Origin: Gemmatimonadales bacterium
GTDB lineage: Bacteria; Gemmatimonadota; Gemmatimonadetes; Gemmatimonadales; GWC2-71-9
DNA: 64,000 nucleotides
Assembly: GCA_965249575.1 (NCBI GenBank)
Contig: OZ252244.1
Location: forward strand, 1,935,127 to 1,999,126
Direction: 5' to 3'
The notes beneath the pieces are model-generated. The model did not search any database. It was not told where the DNA came from and worked only from the letters and a program-made list of their open reading frames with translations. Below are positions 1 to 8,196 of this stretch, piece after piece. The position numbers and the translations under genes are program-made. Each line of letters starts with the position of its first letter. The stretch's first letter is position 1.

Positions 1-16
1 GTCCTGTCCCCGCTCG

Positions 17-1090
17 TTACAGTGCCTTCGACACCGCGTAGGCGGCATTCCGGCCTGACCGGACAGCGCCCGGTAGACCCGCCCGGTGGTACGCCGAGCC
101 CGCGACCTCGACTGGGCCGTTGCGCCGAAGCTCCTCCGTGATTGCTCCGAGCACCTGTTCGTGATCGGTCCCGTATTGGGATAGGGCATCGGGCCACCGT
201 GAGACCCAAGCCCGTGTGGTCGGTCCCGTCAGGCCGATCACCGGAGAGAGCGCTTCGACGGCGCGGGCCACCCACACGCCGTCAGGTCGATACATCCAGT
301 CCGGGCTCGGCCTGAAAAACGCCCTGAGGAGCACGGACTCCTCACCAGCGCGTCCCGAAAACTTGGATGAGCTATACGCACATGCTCGCAACTCGGAGTC
401 AATGCCGGGGGCGGCCACGAATCCGCTGCCCATGAGTGCATCGGCGACCGCGTCGCGTGGGCAGCCCAAGGATACCGACACGTTCGACTGGAAACGCATG
501 GCTTCAGCCACGGCGGCCACTTTCGACGCCCAGGGCCGCACGAGTGGGGCCATCACGTGTGGCGGGATCGCCAAGACGACAGCGTCAAACCTGCGGGTCG
601 TTCCATCGGCGAATTGGACGGTGATGCCGGCCGCCTCGGGCGAGATGCCAACGGCACGCGTGTTTAGGTGAACCGGCCCCTGCAGCTGGGAGGCGAGCGC
701 GTCGGTCAGCTGACCCATGCCCCGCCTGAGAGACGTGAGCCCGCGTCCCAAGTCCGACCGGGTTATCTGGATTCCCAGCAGCGAAGCCGCTTCACCGGCT
801 GCGAGGGGCTCGAGCGCGCCGTCGCGAAGCGCGAACGATTCACGATGGCGCTGTTCGATCAGTTCATTTGCCAGGCCGAGCCTTTGGCAGAGGCCGACGA
901 CGTCCTCGTCCCCGGCGACAAATCCCTCCGCGCCGTCGTCCACCACAAATCCATCGGCTCGCCGGGTCCACACCTGCCCCCCAACTCGAGGGCTCGCCTC
1001 AAACACCGTCGCGGTTATTCCAGTGGTCGTGAGATCGAACGCCGCCGTGAGACCGGCGACGCCCCCACCGACCACGGCGACGCGGCTCAC
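17..1090 (-). CDS. hemY: Protoporphyrinogen/coproporphyrinogen III oxidase, HemY/CgoX family (compact, 357 aa)
   Basis: ORF 17..1090. N-terminal FAD dinucleotide fold VAVVGGGVAGLTAAFDL. C-terminal AGSAYHRAGLPGAVRSG is typical of amine-oxidase-fold PPO. GTG start (cac at 1088-1090). Last gene of the hemD-hemQ-hemE-hemY string. Confidence 0.75.
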   Translation of the reverse strand: MSRVAVVGGGVAGLTAAFDLTTTGITATVFEASPRVGGQVWTRRADGFVVDDGAEGFVAGDEDVVGLCQRLGLANELIEQRHRESFALRDGALEPLAAGEAASLLGIQITRSDLGRGLTSLRRGMGQLTDALASQLQGPVHLNTRAVGISPEAAGITVQFADGTTRRFDAVVLAIPPHVMAPLVRPWASKVAAVAEAMRFQSNVSVSLGCPRDAVADALMGSGFVAAPGIDSELRACAYSSSKFSGRAGEESVLLRAFFRPSPDWMYRPDGVWVARAVEALSPVIGLTGPTTRAWVSRWPDALSQYGTDHEQVLGAITEELRRNGPVEVAGSAYHRAGLPGAVRSGRNAAYAVSKAL

Positions 1091-1199
1091 TCGGGCCGGT
1101 GGAGCATTGGCACCGTCGCCGATGTCCCACCACTCCCAGCGGGGCGTCGGAAAAAGGAAGGAGGGAGGGGCTCAAGGACCTGGAAGGCCGCGCCGCGCA

Positions 1200-2234
1200 T
1201 CACACCCGTGCGGCGCTCCACTCGTGTACCATTTCGACCACTGCTCGCGCCCGATCGGGATCCGTTCCCTGTAGCACGCCATGCCCGAGATTGAAGACGT
1301 GGCCCGGACGTCCCTTGGCTCGCTCCAGAATGTCGTGTACCTGGGCGGTGAGCTCGCCGAGCGGGGCGAACAGCGCGGCAGGGTCGAGGTTGCCCTGAAC
1401 ACCCCGGTCTGGGACCGCCATCCATGCCTGGTCCAATGGAAGCCGCCAATCGACGCCGATGACATCTCCCCCTGCTTCGGCCATGAGGTCCAGCATCGCG
1501 GAGGCGCCGGTGGCAAAGTGAATTAACGGCACGTCCGATGTCGTGGCTCGGGAGATCGCCTTTGCGCTATGCGGCTGGACATACCGCCGGTAATCGCTTC
1601 GAGACAGACAGCCCACCCAGCTGTCGAAGAGTTGCAAGGCCTGCGCTCCCGCTGCTGCCTGGGCGTCGAGAAGGCTGCCGACAGTGGTAGCCAAGTGATC
1701 GAGCAGCCGGTGCCACGTGTCGGGATCGTTGTACATCAGCCGTTTCGTTCTCAGAAAGTCGCGGGTCGGCCCCCCCTCGACGGCGTAGCTGGCCAACGTG
1801 AACGGGGCGCCGGCGAAGCCGATCAATGGCACGCCGTCGTCCAACTCGGCGCGAGTGCGCCGAACCGCCTCGAGGACATGTCCCAGATCGCTTTGTGGGT
1901 CGATCGTCGGAAGGGTCGAGACGTCGGTCGGCGAGCGCACGGGGTTCGTGATCCTCGGTCCCTCACCCGCGGTGAACTCGAGTCCCAGACCGAGTGGCTC
2001 GAAGGGGAGCAAGATGTCGGCGAACAGGATAGCGGCGTCGACTCCCAGTCGCTCCACCGGTTGCAATGCCACCTCGCACGCCAGTTCCGGTCGGTGGCAA
2101 ATCTCGAGGATCGATGCCCGCTTCCGAATGTCCTGGTACTCCGGCAAGTAACGGCCCGCCTGGCGCATGAACCAAACGGGCGTGTGCGAAGCGGGCGCGC
2201 CACGACACGCCGCCAGGAAGGGATCAGCCGACAA
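1200..2234 (-). CDS. hemE: Uroporphyrinogen decarboxylase
   Basis: Signature PVWFMRQAGRYLPEYQ near the N-terminus, with full-length similarity pattern (ILFADILLP, GFAGAPFTLA). The ORF-track start at 2363 overlaps the upstream gene by 140 nt. TTG at 2232-2234 gives about 344 aa and a 10-nt overlap with the hemQ stop. Confidence 0.9.
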   Translation of the reverse strand: MSADPFLAACRGAPASHTPVWFMRQAGRYLPEYQDIRKRASILEICHRPELACEVALQPVERLGVDAAILFADILLPFEPLGLGLEFTAGEGPRITNPVRSPTDVSTLPTIDPQSDLGHVLEAVRRTRAELDDGVPLIGFAGAPFTLASYAVEGGPTRDFLRTKRLMYNDPDTWHRLLDHLATTVGSLLDAQAAAGAQALQLFDSWVGCLSRSDYRRYVQPHSAKAISRATTSDVPLIHFATGASAMLDLMAEAGGDVIGVDWRLPLDQAWMAVPDRGVQGNLDPAALFAPLGELTAQVHDILERAKGRPGHVFNLGHGVLQGTDPDRARAVVEMVHEWSAARV

Positions 2235-3261
2235 GTATCCGGCCTCCTTCGACCTCCACGCGATACGTCTTGATCGGTGTGACCGGCGGCCCGCCGAGGG
2301 GTTTGCCCGATGCGAGCTCGAACTTGCCCTGGTGCCAGGGGCATGTGAGTACCAGTCCGTCACCGTCGACGACGCCTTCGCTCAATGACGCTCGGCCGTG
2401 GGTGCACCGGTCGCTCACGGCATAGAAGCGCCCACCGACGTTGAAGAGCGCTATGGCGTCGCTCCCGAGGTAGATCCGCTTGCTGGACCCGGGAGGGACA
2501 TCGTCGACGTCCGCTACGGGGTAGAGGCCATTGCCACGACCGGCGTCCGCGGCTGCCGGCTTCGGCAGTGCGGCGCCCCCAAGTGAGTCGAGGACCTCGT
2601 ACAGAGACATTTGCACGCAGGTAAATGTCGGCGTGTCCTTGAGCGTGTACGACGACGCCTCGCTCTCCCGCAGCTCCATCACCAAGTCGAGGAACTCGCC
2701 CGGGTCGTCACCTTCGAACGCCACGATGAATTCCTGGTCGTCCAGGCCGAACGAATACGTCGTGTTGAGCCTGATTGATGGGTACTTTCTCCCTATCCGC
2801 ACGTGTTCGTTCATCATTTCCTGGCGGCGCTCCAGGGACGCGGAGTACCACTCCCGCTTCTTGATGAACGGGTACACGAAGAAGTAGCGATTGTCCGCCG
2901 GTCGGGTGACAAGCTGGTCGTGCTTGCCCTTGTGGTCTGGGAACTTGTAAAGCGAGCGCTTGGTCATCGCGAGGTAGCTATAGGGGATCGTCAAATAGCC
3001 GCCGAGGCGTGTCGAGAAGAGCGCGGTCTGGATGTGCTGGAGTGTCTCGACGTCCTCAGTAGCCTGCCACAGGAGGAAGTCCGAGTCCCCCCGAGTCCCG
3101 GCGAGGCTGTACGTGCGGAGCAATAGCTTCGCGTGAAAACTCTTTACCGCATGTGCGAACTGTTCTTTGTGCTCGATCTGCTCCGCGGCCTCGAGTCGCC
3201 GCCACGCAGCATCGAGCTTGTAGAACACATACCGGACAACCTGGCGCTTTTCCTTACTCAT
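2224..3261 (-). CDS. hemQ: Chlorite-dismutase-family coproheme decarboxylase (HemQ/ChdC) fused to a C-terminal Rieske [2Fe-2S] domain
   Basis: Residues 1 to about 235 look like HemQ/Cld family (VRYVFYKLD, FFVYPFIKKREWY, EFIVAFEGDDPGEF). After an Ala/Pro linker, residues about 255-345 carry the Rieske motif CTHGRASL...CPWHQGKF. Position between hemD and hemE. Confidence 0.75.
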   Translation of the reverse strand: MSKEKRQVVRYVFYKLDAAWRRLEAAEQIEHKEQFAHAVKSFHAKLLLRTYSLAGTRGDSDFLLWQATEDVETLQHIQTALFSTRLGGYLTIPYSYLAMTKRSLYKFPDHKGKHDQLVTRPADNRYFFVYPFIKKREWYSASLERRQEMMNEHVRIGRKYPSIRLNTTYSFGLDDQEFIVAFEGDDPGEFLDLVMELRESEASSYTLKDTPTFTCVQMSLYEVLDSLGGAALPKPAAADAGRGNGLYPVADVDDVPPGSSKRIYLGSDAIALFNVGGRFYAVSDRCTHGRASLSEGVVDGDGLVLTCPWHQGKFELASGKPLGGPPVTPIKTYRVEVEGGRILVG

Positions 3262-4024
3262 GTCCTGCTGGTCCTTTAGTCAAATCGGCGAACGCTGCAA
3301 CCAGCGCCGCCAGCAGTCCGTCTTCGGTGTACTCTTCGGCGACTTCTGTCACTTCGAGGCCGTACTCGCGGGCAGTCCGAGCCGTTATCGGTCCGATGCA
3401 GACGATCTTCGTTTTCGGCGGCGGTGGCCCTGCTTCCAGGAACCCTCGGACGGTGGACGAGCTGGTGAACGTGACGGCGTCGACGCCCGACAGGTTCGGC
3501 CGCTCTGTGGCGAGCGAGCGCGTATGATACACGGGGATCTCGTCGACGGTACCCCCTCGTGCCCGCAACCCTTCGGCCAATGCCTGTCGTGCGATGTCCG
3601 CTCTCGGGAGCAAGAACTGCTGGCCTTCAACGTCTCCCAGCCCTGCGAGAATCGCCTCCGCCACGTACTTGCTCGGCACGAGGTCAGGCTCGATCCCGTA
3701 CTTTCGGAGCGCGCTCGCCGTAGCCGGTCCAATTGCCGCGATCCGCGGTCCCTCGATCCCGGGTGTTCTCTGCAAAACCGCGTCAACCCCGTGCTTGCTG
3801 GTGAAAATGACCCAATCATACTCGGGGAGGCGGGCGAGGGCGGCTTCGAGCGGCGCTGAATCGGCCGGCTCGATTCGAATGGCCGGAATGACCACGGGCT
3901 CGGCTCCGAGAGCTTCGAGCCGGGCGGCGAGGCGGCCCGCATCGGGCTCGGGACGCGTGATGACGATCCGGCGGCCGGCCAGGGGATGTCTGGGGTTGGG
4001 GTGGGCTACAGCAGCGTGCTTCAT
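3254..4024 (-). CDS. hemD: Uroporphyrinogen-III synthase
   Basis: 256-aa ORF with RRIVITRPEPDAGRLAARLEALGAEPVVIPAIRIEP and two-lobe HemD-like repeats (DWVIFTSKHGV / VTFTSSSTV). Stop overlaps the hemQ start. Confidence 0.85.
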   Translation of the reverse strand: MKHAAVAHPNPRHPLAGRRIVITRPEPDAGRLAARLEALGAEPVVIPAIRIEPADSAPLEAALARLPEYDWVIFTSKHGVDAVLQRTPGIEGPRIAAIGPATASALRKYGIEPDLVPSKYVAEAILAGLGDVEGQQFLLPRADIARQALAEGLRARGGTVDEIPVYHTRSLATERPNLSGVDAVTFTSSSTVRGFLEAGPPPPKTKIVCIGPITARTAREYGLEVTEVAEEYTEDGLLAALVAAFADLTKGPAGHE

Positions 4025-4032
4025 GGACTAAA

Positions 4033-4210
4033 GGTGTAGGGGGTAGGGGGTAGGGGGTAGGGGTTGGGGAGTAGGGAGTGGAGACTTCCGATTGACGCGC
4101 GACAGCTCAGTGGTCGCCGGGCTCGCCGATGCACTACCCCCTACCCCCTACCCCCTACCCCTACGCCCTACCCTTCACTCCCTACTCCCCAATCCCTACT
4201 CCCTATCTCT
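4033..4210. repeat. G-run arm (TAGGGGG)n / about 50-nt spacer / C-run arm (CCCCCTA)n dyad, G-quadruplex-competent on both strands
   Basis: Arm 4033-4083 is ggtgtagggggtagggggtagggggtaggggttggggagtagggagtggag. Arm 4133-4210 is cactaccccctaccccctaccccctacccctacgccctacccttcactccctactccccaatccctactccctatc. It lies between the stop of ORF 4196..4627 and the hemD start codon (4024). Confidence 0.85.
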
Positions 4211-4627
4211 CAGTTCTTCCGCGTCCGGATACCGCTCCTTCACCACAGCGATGATCTGCCGAGCACGCTCCGGGTCCTTCTTGACCGTCTCGTAGATCTC
4301 CGCGAGCCGGAGCGCCGAGTTGATGTCCACCTGCCGGGATGCCCCCCGCCTTACATGGCTTTCTAGGAGTCTGATGGTGTCGTCCATGGTGGGTCGGGTC
4401 TGGGGTGGAGGTTCGCCAACCGCACCCTCCATGAGAAGGCGGCGCGCGAAATCCTCGATTGGGGAGAACACGTATTCCAGCACGAGGTCCCATGCCCACC
4501 AACAGACTCCGAAGGCACCCGATGCCGCGAACAGGCGGGGATCGCCGCTCGCGAACCCGAGCACGCCGAACGCGACGGTCGCCACCGCGAACATCGACCG
4601 AATCACGGTGCTAATGGAGACGGACAT
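4196..4627 (-). CDS. Hypothetical membrane protein (two predicted TM helices, charged helical C-terminus)
   Basis: ORF 4196..4687. The internal ATG at 4625-4627 (MSVSISTVIRSMFAVATVAFGVLGF...) avoids overlap with the upstream TonB receptor stop. No recognisable family. Confidence 0.5.
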   Translation of the reverse strand: MSVSISTVIRSMFAVATVAFGVLGFASGDPRLFAASGAFGVCWWAWDLVLEYVFSPIEDFARRLLMEGAVGEPPPQTRPTMDDTIRLLESHVRRGASRQVDINSALRLAEIYETVKKDPERARQIIAVVKERYPDAEELRDRE

Positions 4628-4646
4628 GGCGTTAAAGAAAGGGTGG

Positions 4647-7298
4647 TTAGAAGGTCGCCGTGACCCCTCCCAAGAATCTCCGCCCAATCACTGAGCCACC
4701 GTAGAGCTGGAACCGCTCCTGGTCGAATACGTTCGTCGCGACGGCATGGATACGGACGTTGTTGTTGATCTGGTAGCCCGCGTTGACGTTGAAGATCTGG
4801 GTCGCCGTTATGTAGCCGCTGAACACGCCGGCGGCCCAGGAATACCCATCCACCAGTCGTGCTGTCACACCAAAATCGACTCCCTGGAAGCCGCTGTAGC
4901 TGAGCGAGATGTTCCCTTTGTGCTTGGGCGTGTTGGGAAGCAGCATGTCGCCGACCTGCTGGCTCTTCACGTCAAAGTCGAAGAATGTGTAGGAGCCGTC
5001 TAACTTCCACTCGTCGGTAAGCAAGAAGCCCATCCCCAGCTCTACGCCACCTTCCGTGACCTCACCCGCGTTGGTATAGGAGACGACGATTGCGCGTGAG
5101 CCGTCGGGGAGCGTCGCCACCGGCTGGCCGCTGGCGGTGAGCCCATCTGCAAGCTGCTTGTAGCCGGCCTGGAGGATCGGGATGTTCGCGCGGAGCGGGT
5201 GGCCGGATGGGAGCATGGCCGCGGCCAGCGCTGCATCGAGCTGTGAAAGGTTCGTCGGGATATCGATACCCCCGTCGGTCAGCAGGTAACGGGGGTAGTC
5301 CGGGTTCACACCGGGCAGCAGGTCGGTGATGAAGTTGTCCAGGGTGTTGATGTACAGGTCGACGCTAGCGTATACGCGCGGGGTGAGGTTCCCCTTGTAG
5401 CCGAGCTCCCATCCCGTCAGTTTCTCGACGTCTAACGCATCGTTCCCGAGCGCCAACACGGGCGTCATAGCCGAGAAATCCCAGGGAATGTCGTTCGGGA
5501 GATTCAGGCCGGCGAGCAGGGGGCCAAGCGGAGAACCGTTCGCGCTCCGGAACAGCGATTCGAGCCCCGCCTCGAGCGTCGCCTGGCGAGCGTCGGGAGC
5601 GCCAGCCGCCGCACGGAGGAAGAACTCCGAGTAGTTTGCCGACTGGAACGCGCGATTGAACGTGAAGCGGATCGAGTGGTTCTCGTTCGGGCTGAACACC
5701 AAGCCTGCCTTAGGCGAGAATTGTGCGCTGAACAGATCGCCGTTGTCGTAGCGGGCGGCCGCTACCGCCTTGAACATCGGCGAGAACCTGTACTCGACTT
5801 GGCCGTAGGCCGAGTAGTACTTGTCGTTGCGGTCGTCGTTGATCGCGTCCATCAGGGTCGCCTTGGTGTTAACCCCGTAGTTCCGGAACGACGCGCCGAG
5901 GACGACACGGCCGCGATCCTCTGCGAACGGTTGGTTTACCTGTCCCTCGACGTGGATGATGTTCGACACGTCGCTGATCGGTTGGCCGGAGGACAGGGAG
6001 ATCTGGCCGCCGCCGGATCCGGTCCGCTCGCCGCTGCGGCCCGAGTACCAGGCCATGACGTTGAACCGTTCGGCTGACCAGGCGAGCCGAGCCCACGGAC
6101 GGAAGGCCTCGACGACCTGGACCCTGCCGATCCCGGTCACGAAGATCTCGTTGTGGACTCGTGTGAGGCCGCCTTCTGCCGTGCCGATCGAGCCATCCCC
6201 AGCGTAGTAGTCGAAGCGGGCCGAGCCGTAAATGCTCTCTAGATCGTCACGCTCGCCCGTGGCACGCCCGGTGGTGGGATCGACGCTTTGGCCGTTCAAC
6301 GGTATCGGCTCGATGTTAGGCAGGACGAGGAAGTCGGTGGTGCCGGCGTACTCGCGTCGCAGATCGAGGGAATCGAAGGCCGTGCGCGAGCGCGACCAGG
6401 TGTCGCTCCGCGTGTAACCGAAGTTGACGCGATACCCGAACTGCCCGTACGCGGCCACGCCGGCGTGCCGGATGTCTCCACGGAACGTGCTCAGCTCGCC
6501 GCCCGCCAGGCTGATTTTCGTTCCCACGATCTCCCTGGCAGTTGGCGTCGTGATGTTGACCACGCCACTGAATGCGTTGGCTCCGTAAAGAGCCGAACCC
6601 GGCCCACGCACCATTTCGATCCGCCCCATGTCTTCGAGCGGGGTCGAGAGGCCGTTCCACTCCTGGTTTCCGAGGAGCGCGATCGCGAGGTCTCGCCCGT
6701 CGAGAAGGACCAGGACTCGCCGGTTGAGGGACGAGTTGAAGCCTCGTGCGTTGAGGTTGATGTCGTTGACCCCACTTTGGACGACATCGACGCCAGGGAC
6801 GGAGGCGAGTGCCAACGGCGCCTGCGCCGTCATCGACAGCGCCTGGACGTCGCGGGTATCGATCATGGTCACGGCGGCCGGAGCCTCGACCACCCGTTCG
6901 GGCGCGCGGGAAGCCGCCTGCACCACGATCTCACCGAGCGAGATCGGCTGGGATTCCAGGGCTACGTCGACGGTCTGGGTGGTCCCTGCAGTCACGGTCA
7001 CCGGAACTTCGCGTGGCTTGTATCCCAGCCACCGCACGAAGATCGCGTGTTGTCCGACCGGCACGCGCTGCAACGCGTATCTGCCGTCGGTTCCGGTCGC
7101 GGCTTCGATGCCGGTTCCAACGACCCGAACGAGGGCACCCGCCAGCGCCGCGCCGTCGACGGCGCGTGTGACGTTCCCCTCGATCTGGCCGGTCTGGAGT
7201 TGTGCCACGGCGGGTCGGCCGAAGCAGATCGTCGCGGTCAAGCAAAACGCCAGCCCAGTCCCCAGTCGCGACCGAAAGGGTGTGGAACGCTCGAGCAT
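4647..7298 (-). CDS. TonB-dependent receptor with N-terminal carboxypeptidase-regulatory-like domain
   Basis: Signal peptide LAFCLTATICFGRPAVAQ. CarboxypepD_reg-like GNVTRAVDGAALAGALVRVVGTGIEAATGTDGRYAL. Plug (DVQALSMTAQ...VVQSG...NARGF) and a long beta-barrel ending in the terminal aromatic residue ...GGVTATF. Start taken at ATG 7296-7298. Confidence 0.85.
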   Translation of the reverse strand: MLERSTPFRSRLGTGLAFCLTATICFGRPAVAQLQTGQIEGNVTRAVDGAALAGALVRVVGTGIEAATGTDGRYALQRVPVGQHAIFVRWLGYKPREVPVTVTAGTTQTVDVALESQPISLGEIVVQAASRAPERVVEAPAAVTMIDTRDVQALSMTAQAPLALASVPGVDVVQSGVNDINLNARGFNSSLNRRVLVLLDGRDLAIALLGNQEWNGLSTPLEDMGRIEMVRGPGSALYGANAFSGVVNITTPTAREIVGTKISLAGGELSTFRGDIRHAGVAAYGQFGYRVNFGYTRSDTWSRSRTAFDSLDLRREYAGTTDFLVLPNIEPIPLNGQSVDPTTGRATGERDDLESIYGSARFDYYAGDGSIGTAEGGLTRVHNEIFVTGIGRVQVVEAFRPWARLAWSAERFNVMAWYSGRSGERTGSGGGQISLSSGQPISDVSNIIHVEGQVNQPFAEDRGRVVLGASFRNYGVNTKATLMDAINDDRNDKYYSAYGQVEYRFSPMFKAVAAARYDNGDLFSAQFSPKAGLVFSPNENHSIRFTFNRAFQSANYSEFFLRAAAGAPDARQATLEAGLESLFRSANGSPLGPLLAGLNLPNDIPWDFSAMTPVLALGNDALDVEKLTGWELGYKGNLTPRVYASVDLYINTLDNFITDLLPGVNPDYPRYLLTDGGIDIPTNLSQLDAALAAAMLPSGHPLRANIPILQAGYKQLADGLTASGQPVATLPDGSRAIVVSYTNAGEVTEGGVELGMGFLLTDEWKLDGSYTFFDFDVKSQQVGDMLLPNTPKHKGNISLSYSGFQGVDFGVTARLVDGYSWAAGVFSGYITATQIFNVNAGYQINNNVRIHAVATNVFDQERFQLYGGSVIGRRFLGGVTATF

Positions 7299-7376
7299 GG
7301 TTGGATCCCTCGCTAGGGTCGATGATCGGTCAGGCCGCGCGGGGCGGCACCGCCAAGAATGCATCGTATCAAGGAT

Positions 7377-7404
7377 TTGCGGGAGGGGGGTGCCCCCTTA
7401 TAAT
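7377..7404 (+). promoter_or_regulatory. Candidate sigma70-type promoter for tRNA-Phe (TTGCGG-16 nt-TATAAT)
   Basis: TTGCGG at 7377-7382 and TATAAT at 7399-7404, about 80 nt upstream of the tRNA. The spacer contains the palindrome aggggggtgccccct. Consensus match only; promoter rules for this lineage are unknown. Confidence 0.25.
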
Positions 7405-7482
7405 TCACGGCCTTCGGCTCAACGAATTGTCTAATGCGGTCGGCCGAGGGACAACCGGCCTGCGGGCGGAGCCGCTTTTTGA

Positions 7483-7555
<73 letters not shown>

Positions 7556-7824
7556 CTGGAGTCGTCGTGGAGCCCCCGCCACATTTGGGTAGGGGGATGG
7601 CGCTAGCGGATGGATGAGTGGATGGCGTCCCGCGAAGCCGGACGACAGCACTCGAGCGCCTCCAACGCCAGTCCGGACTCCCCTCTCGATCGGTAGAGAT
7701 CTTGAATAGTCGAGTTCGACAACCGCCGCACCGCGCCTACCCACCCAGCTCAGCACGACTGGCGCCGTCCGGGGTCGCCACGTACCCGGAGCGCGGCGAG
7801 CTGCCCCAGAGCGCCGAGCCCACC

Positions 7825-8007
7825 GTCGTGTTCTCGGGCATCATGGCCTACGATCCCAATATTCAAATGGCCAAGTGCGTTACCCGTCTGTTTCGGGACG
7901 ACCAAGAACGCAAGCGCCTGGGTCGGATCGGCTACGAGGCGGCCCGCGCGATGAATTGGGATCGAACGGCCGCGCAACTCTCGAGGCTGCTCCGGGCTGC
8001 GGATTGA
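7825..8007 (+). pseudogene. Remnant of the C-terminal ~50-60 aa of a family-1 (GT4-like) glycosyltransferase
   Basis: Tail of ORF 7618..8007. The sequence ...DPNIQMAKCVTRLFRDDQERKRLGRIGYEAARAMNWDRTAAQLSRLLRAAD matches the usual GT1 C-terminus pattern (D..la.ai..ll.d......g..ar......fsW...a..l). Nothing upstream resembles the rest of the fold. Confidence 0.45.
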
Positions 8008-8196
8008 CCTGCTCGAATCTCCCGAGTCGAACCTGTACTTGGTACGACGACCGCTTGACCCGGAGCTTCACGCCGGTTTGCCGGAATCGGACACGTACTG
8101 CTGAGGGGCTTGCTCGCATGGCCAGCGGGCTGCGCCAGAGGGGACGGGACAGCGCCGAGCAATTTCGCCGAGTCCTACACGCCACCGCTTGACTCC

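Noticed and set aside
2235-2363. Long N-terminal extension of hemE in the ORF track (start at 2363)
   Set aside because: It would overlap the hemQ 3' end by 140 nt, and it encodes Ser/Arg-rich sequence unlike any HemE. TTG at 2234 gives the canonical length.
6288-7316. 342-aa plus-strand ORF, and several other 100-330-aa ORFs (e.g. 11142..12044, 15584..16594, 19383..20297, 21914..22750, 25997..26998, 40554..41462), lying antisense to or out of frame with well-supported genes
   Set aside because: Arg/Ala/Pro/Gly-rich translations with no domain signatures. These are typical shadow ORFs of high-GC DNA, and each overlaps a gene with clear family motifs.
7455-7482. Stem plus T5 (gcgg-gcggag-ccgc-ttttt) just before tRNA-Phe as an intrinsic terminator
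   Set aside because: The stem is only 4 bp, and no plus-strand gene lies upstream to terminate. Likely fortuitous.
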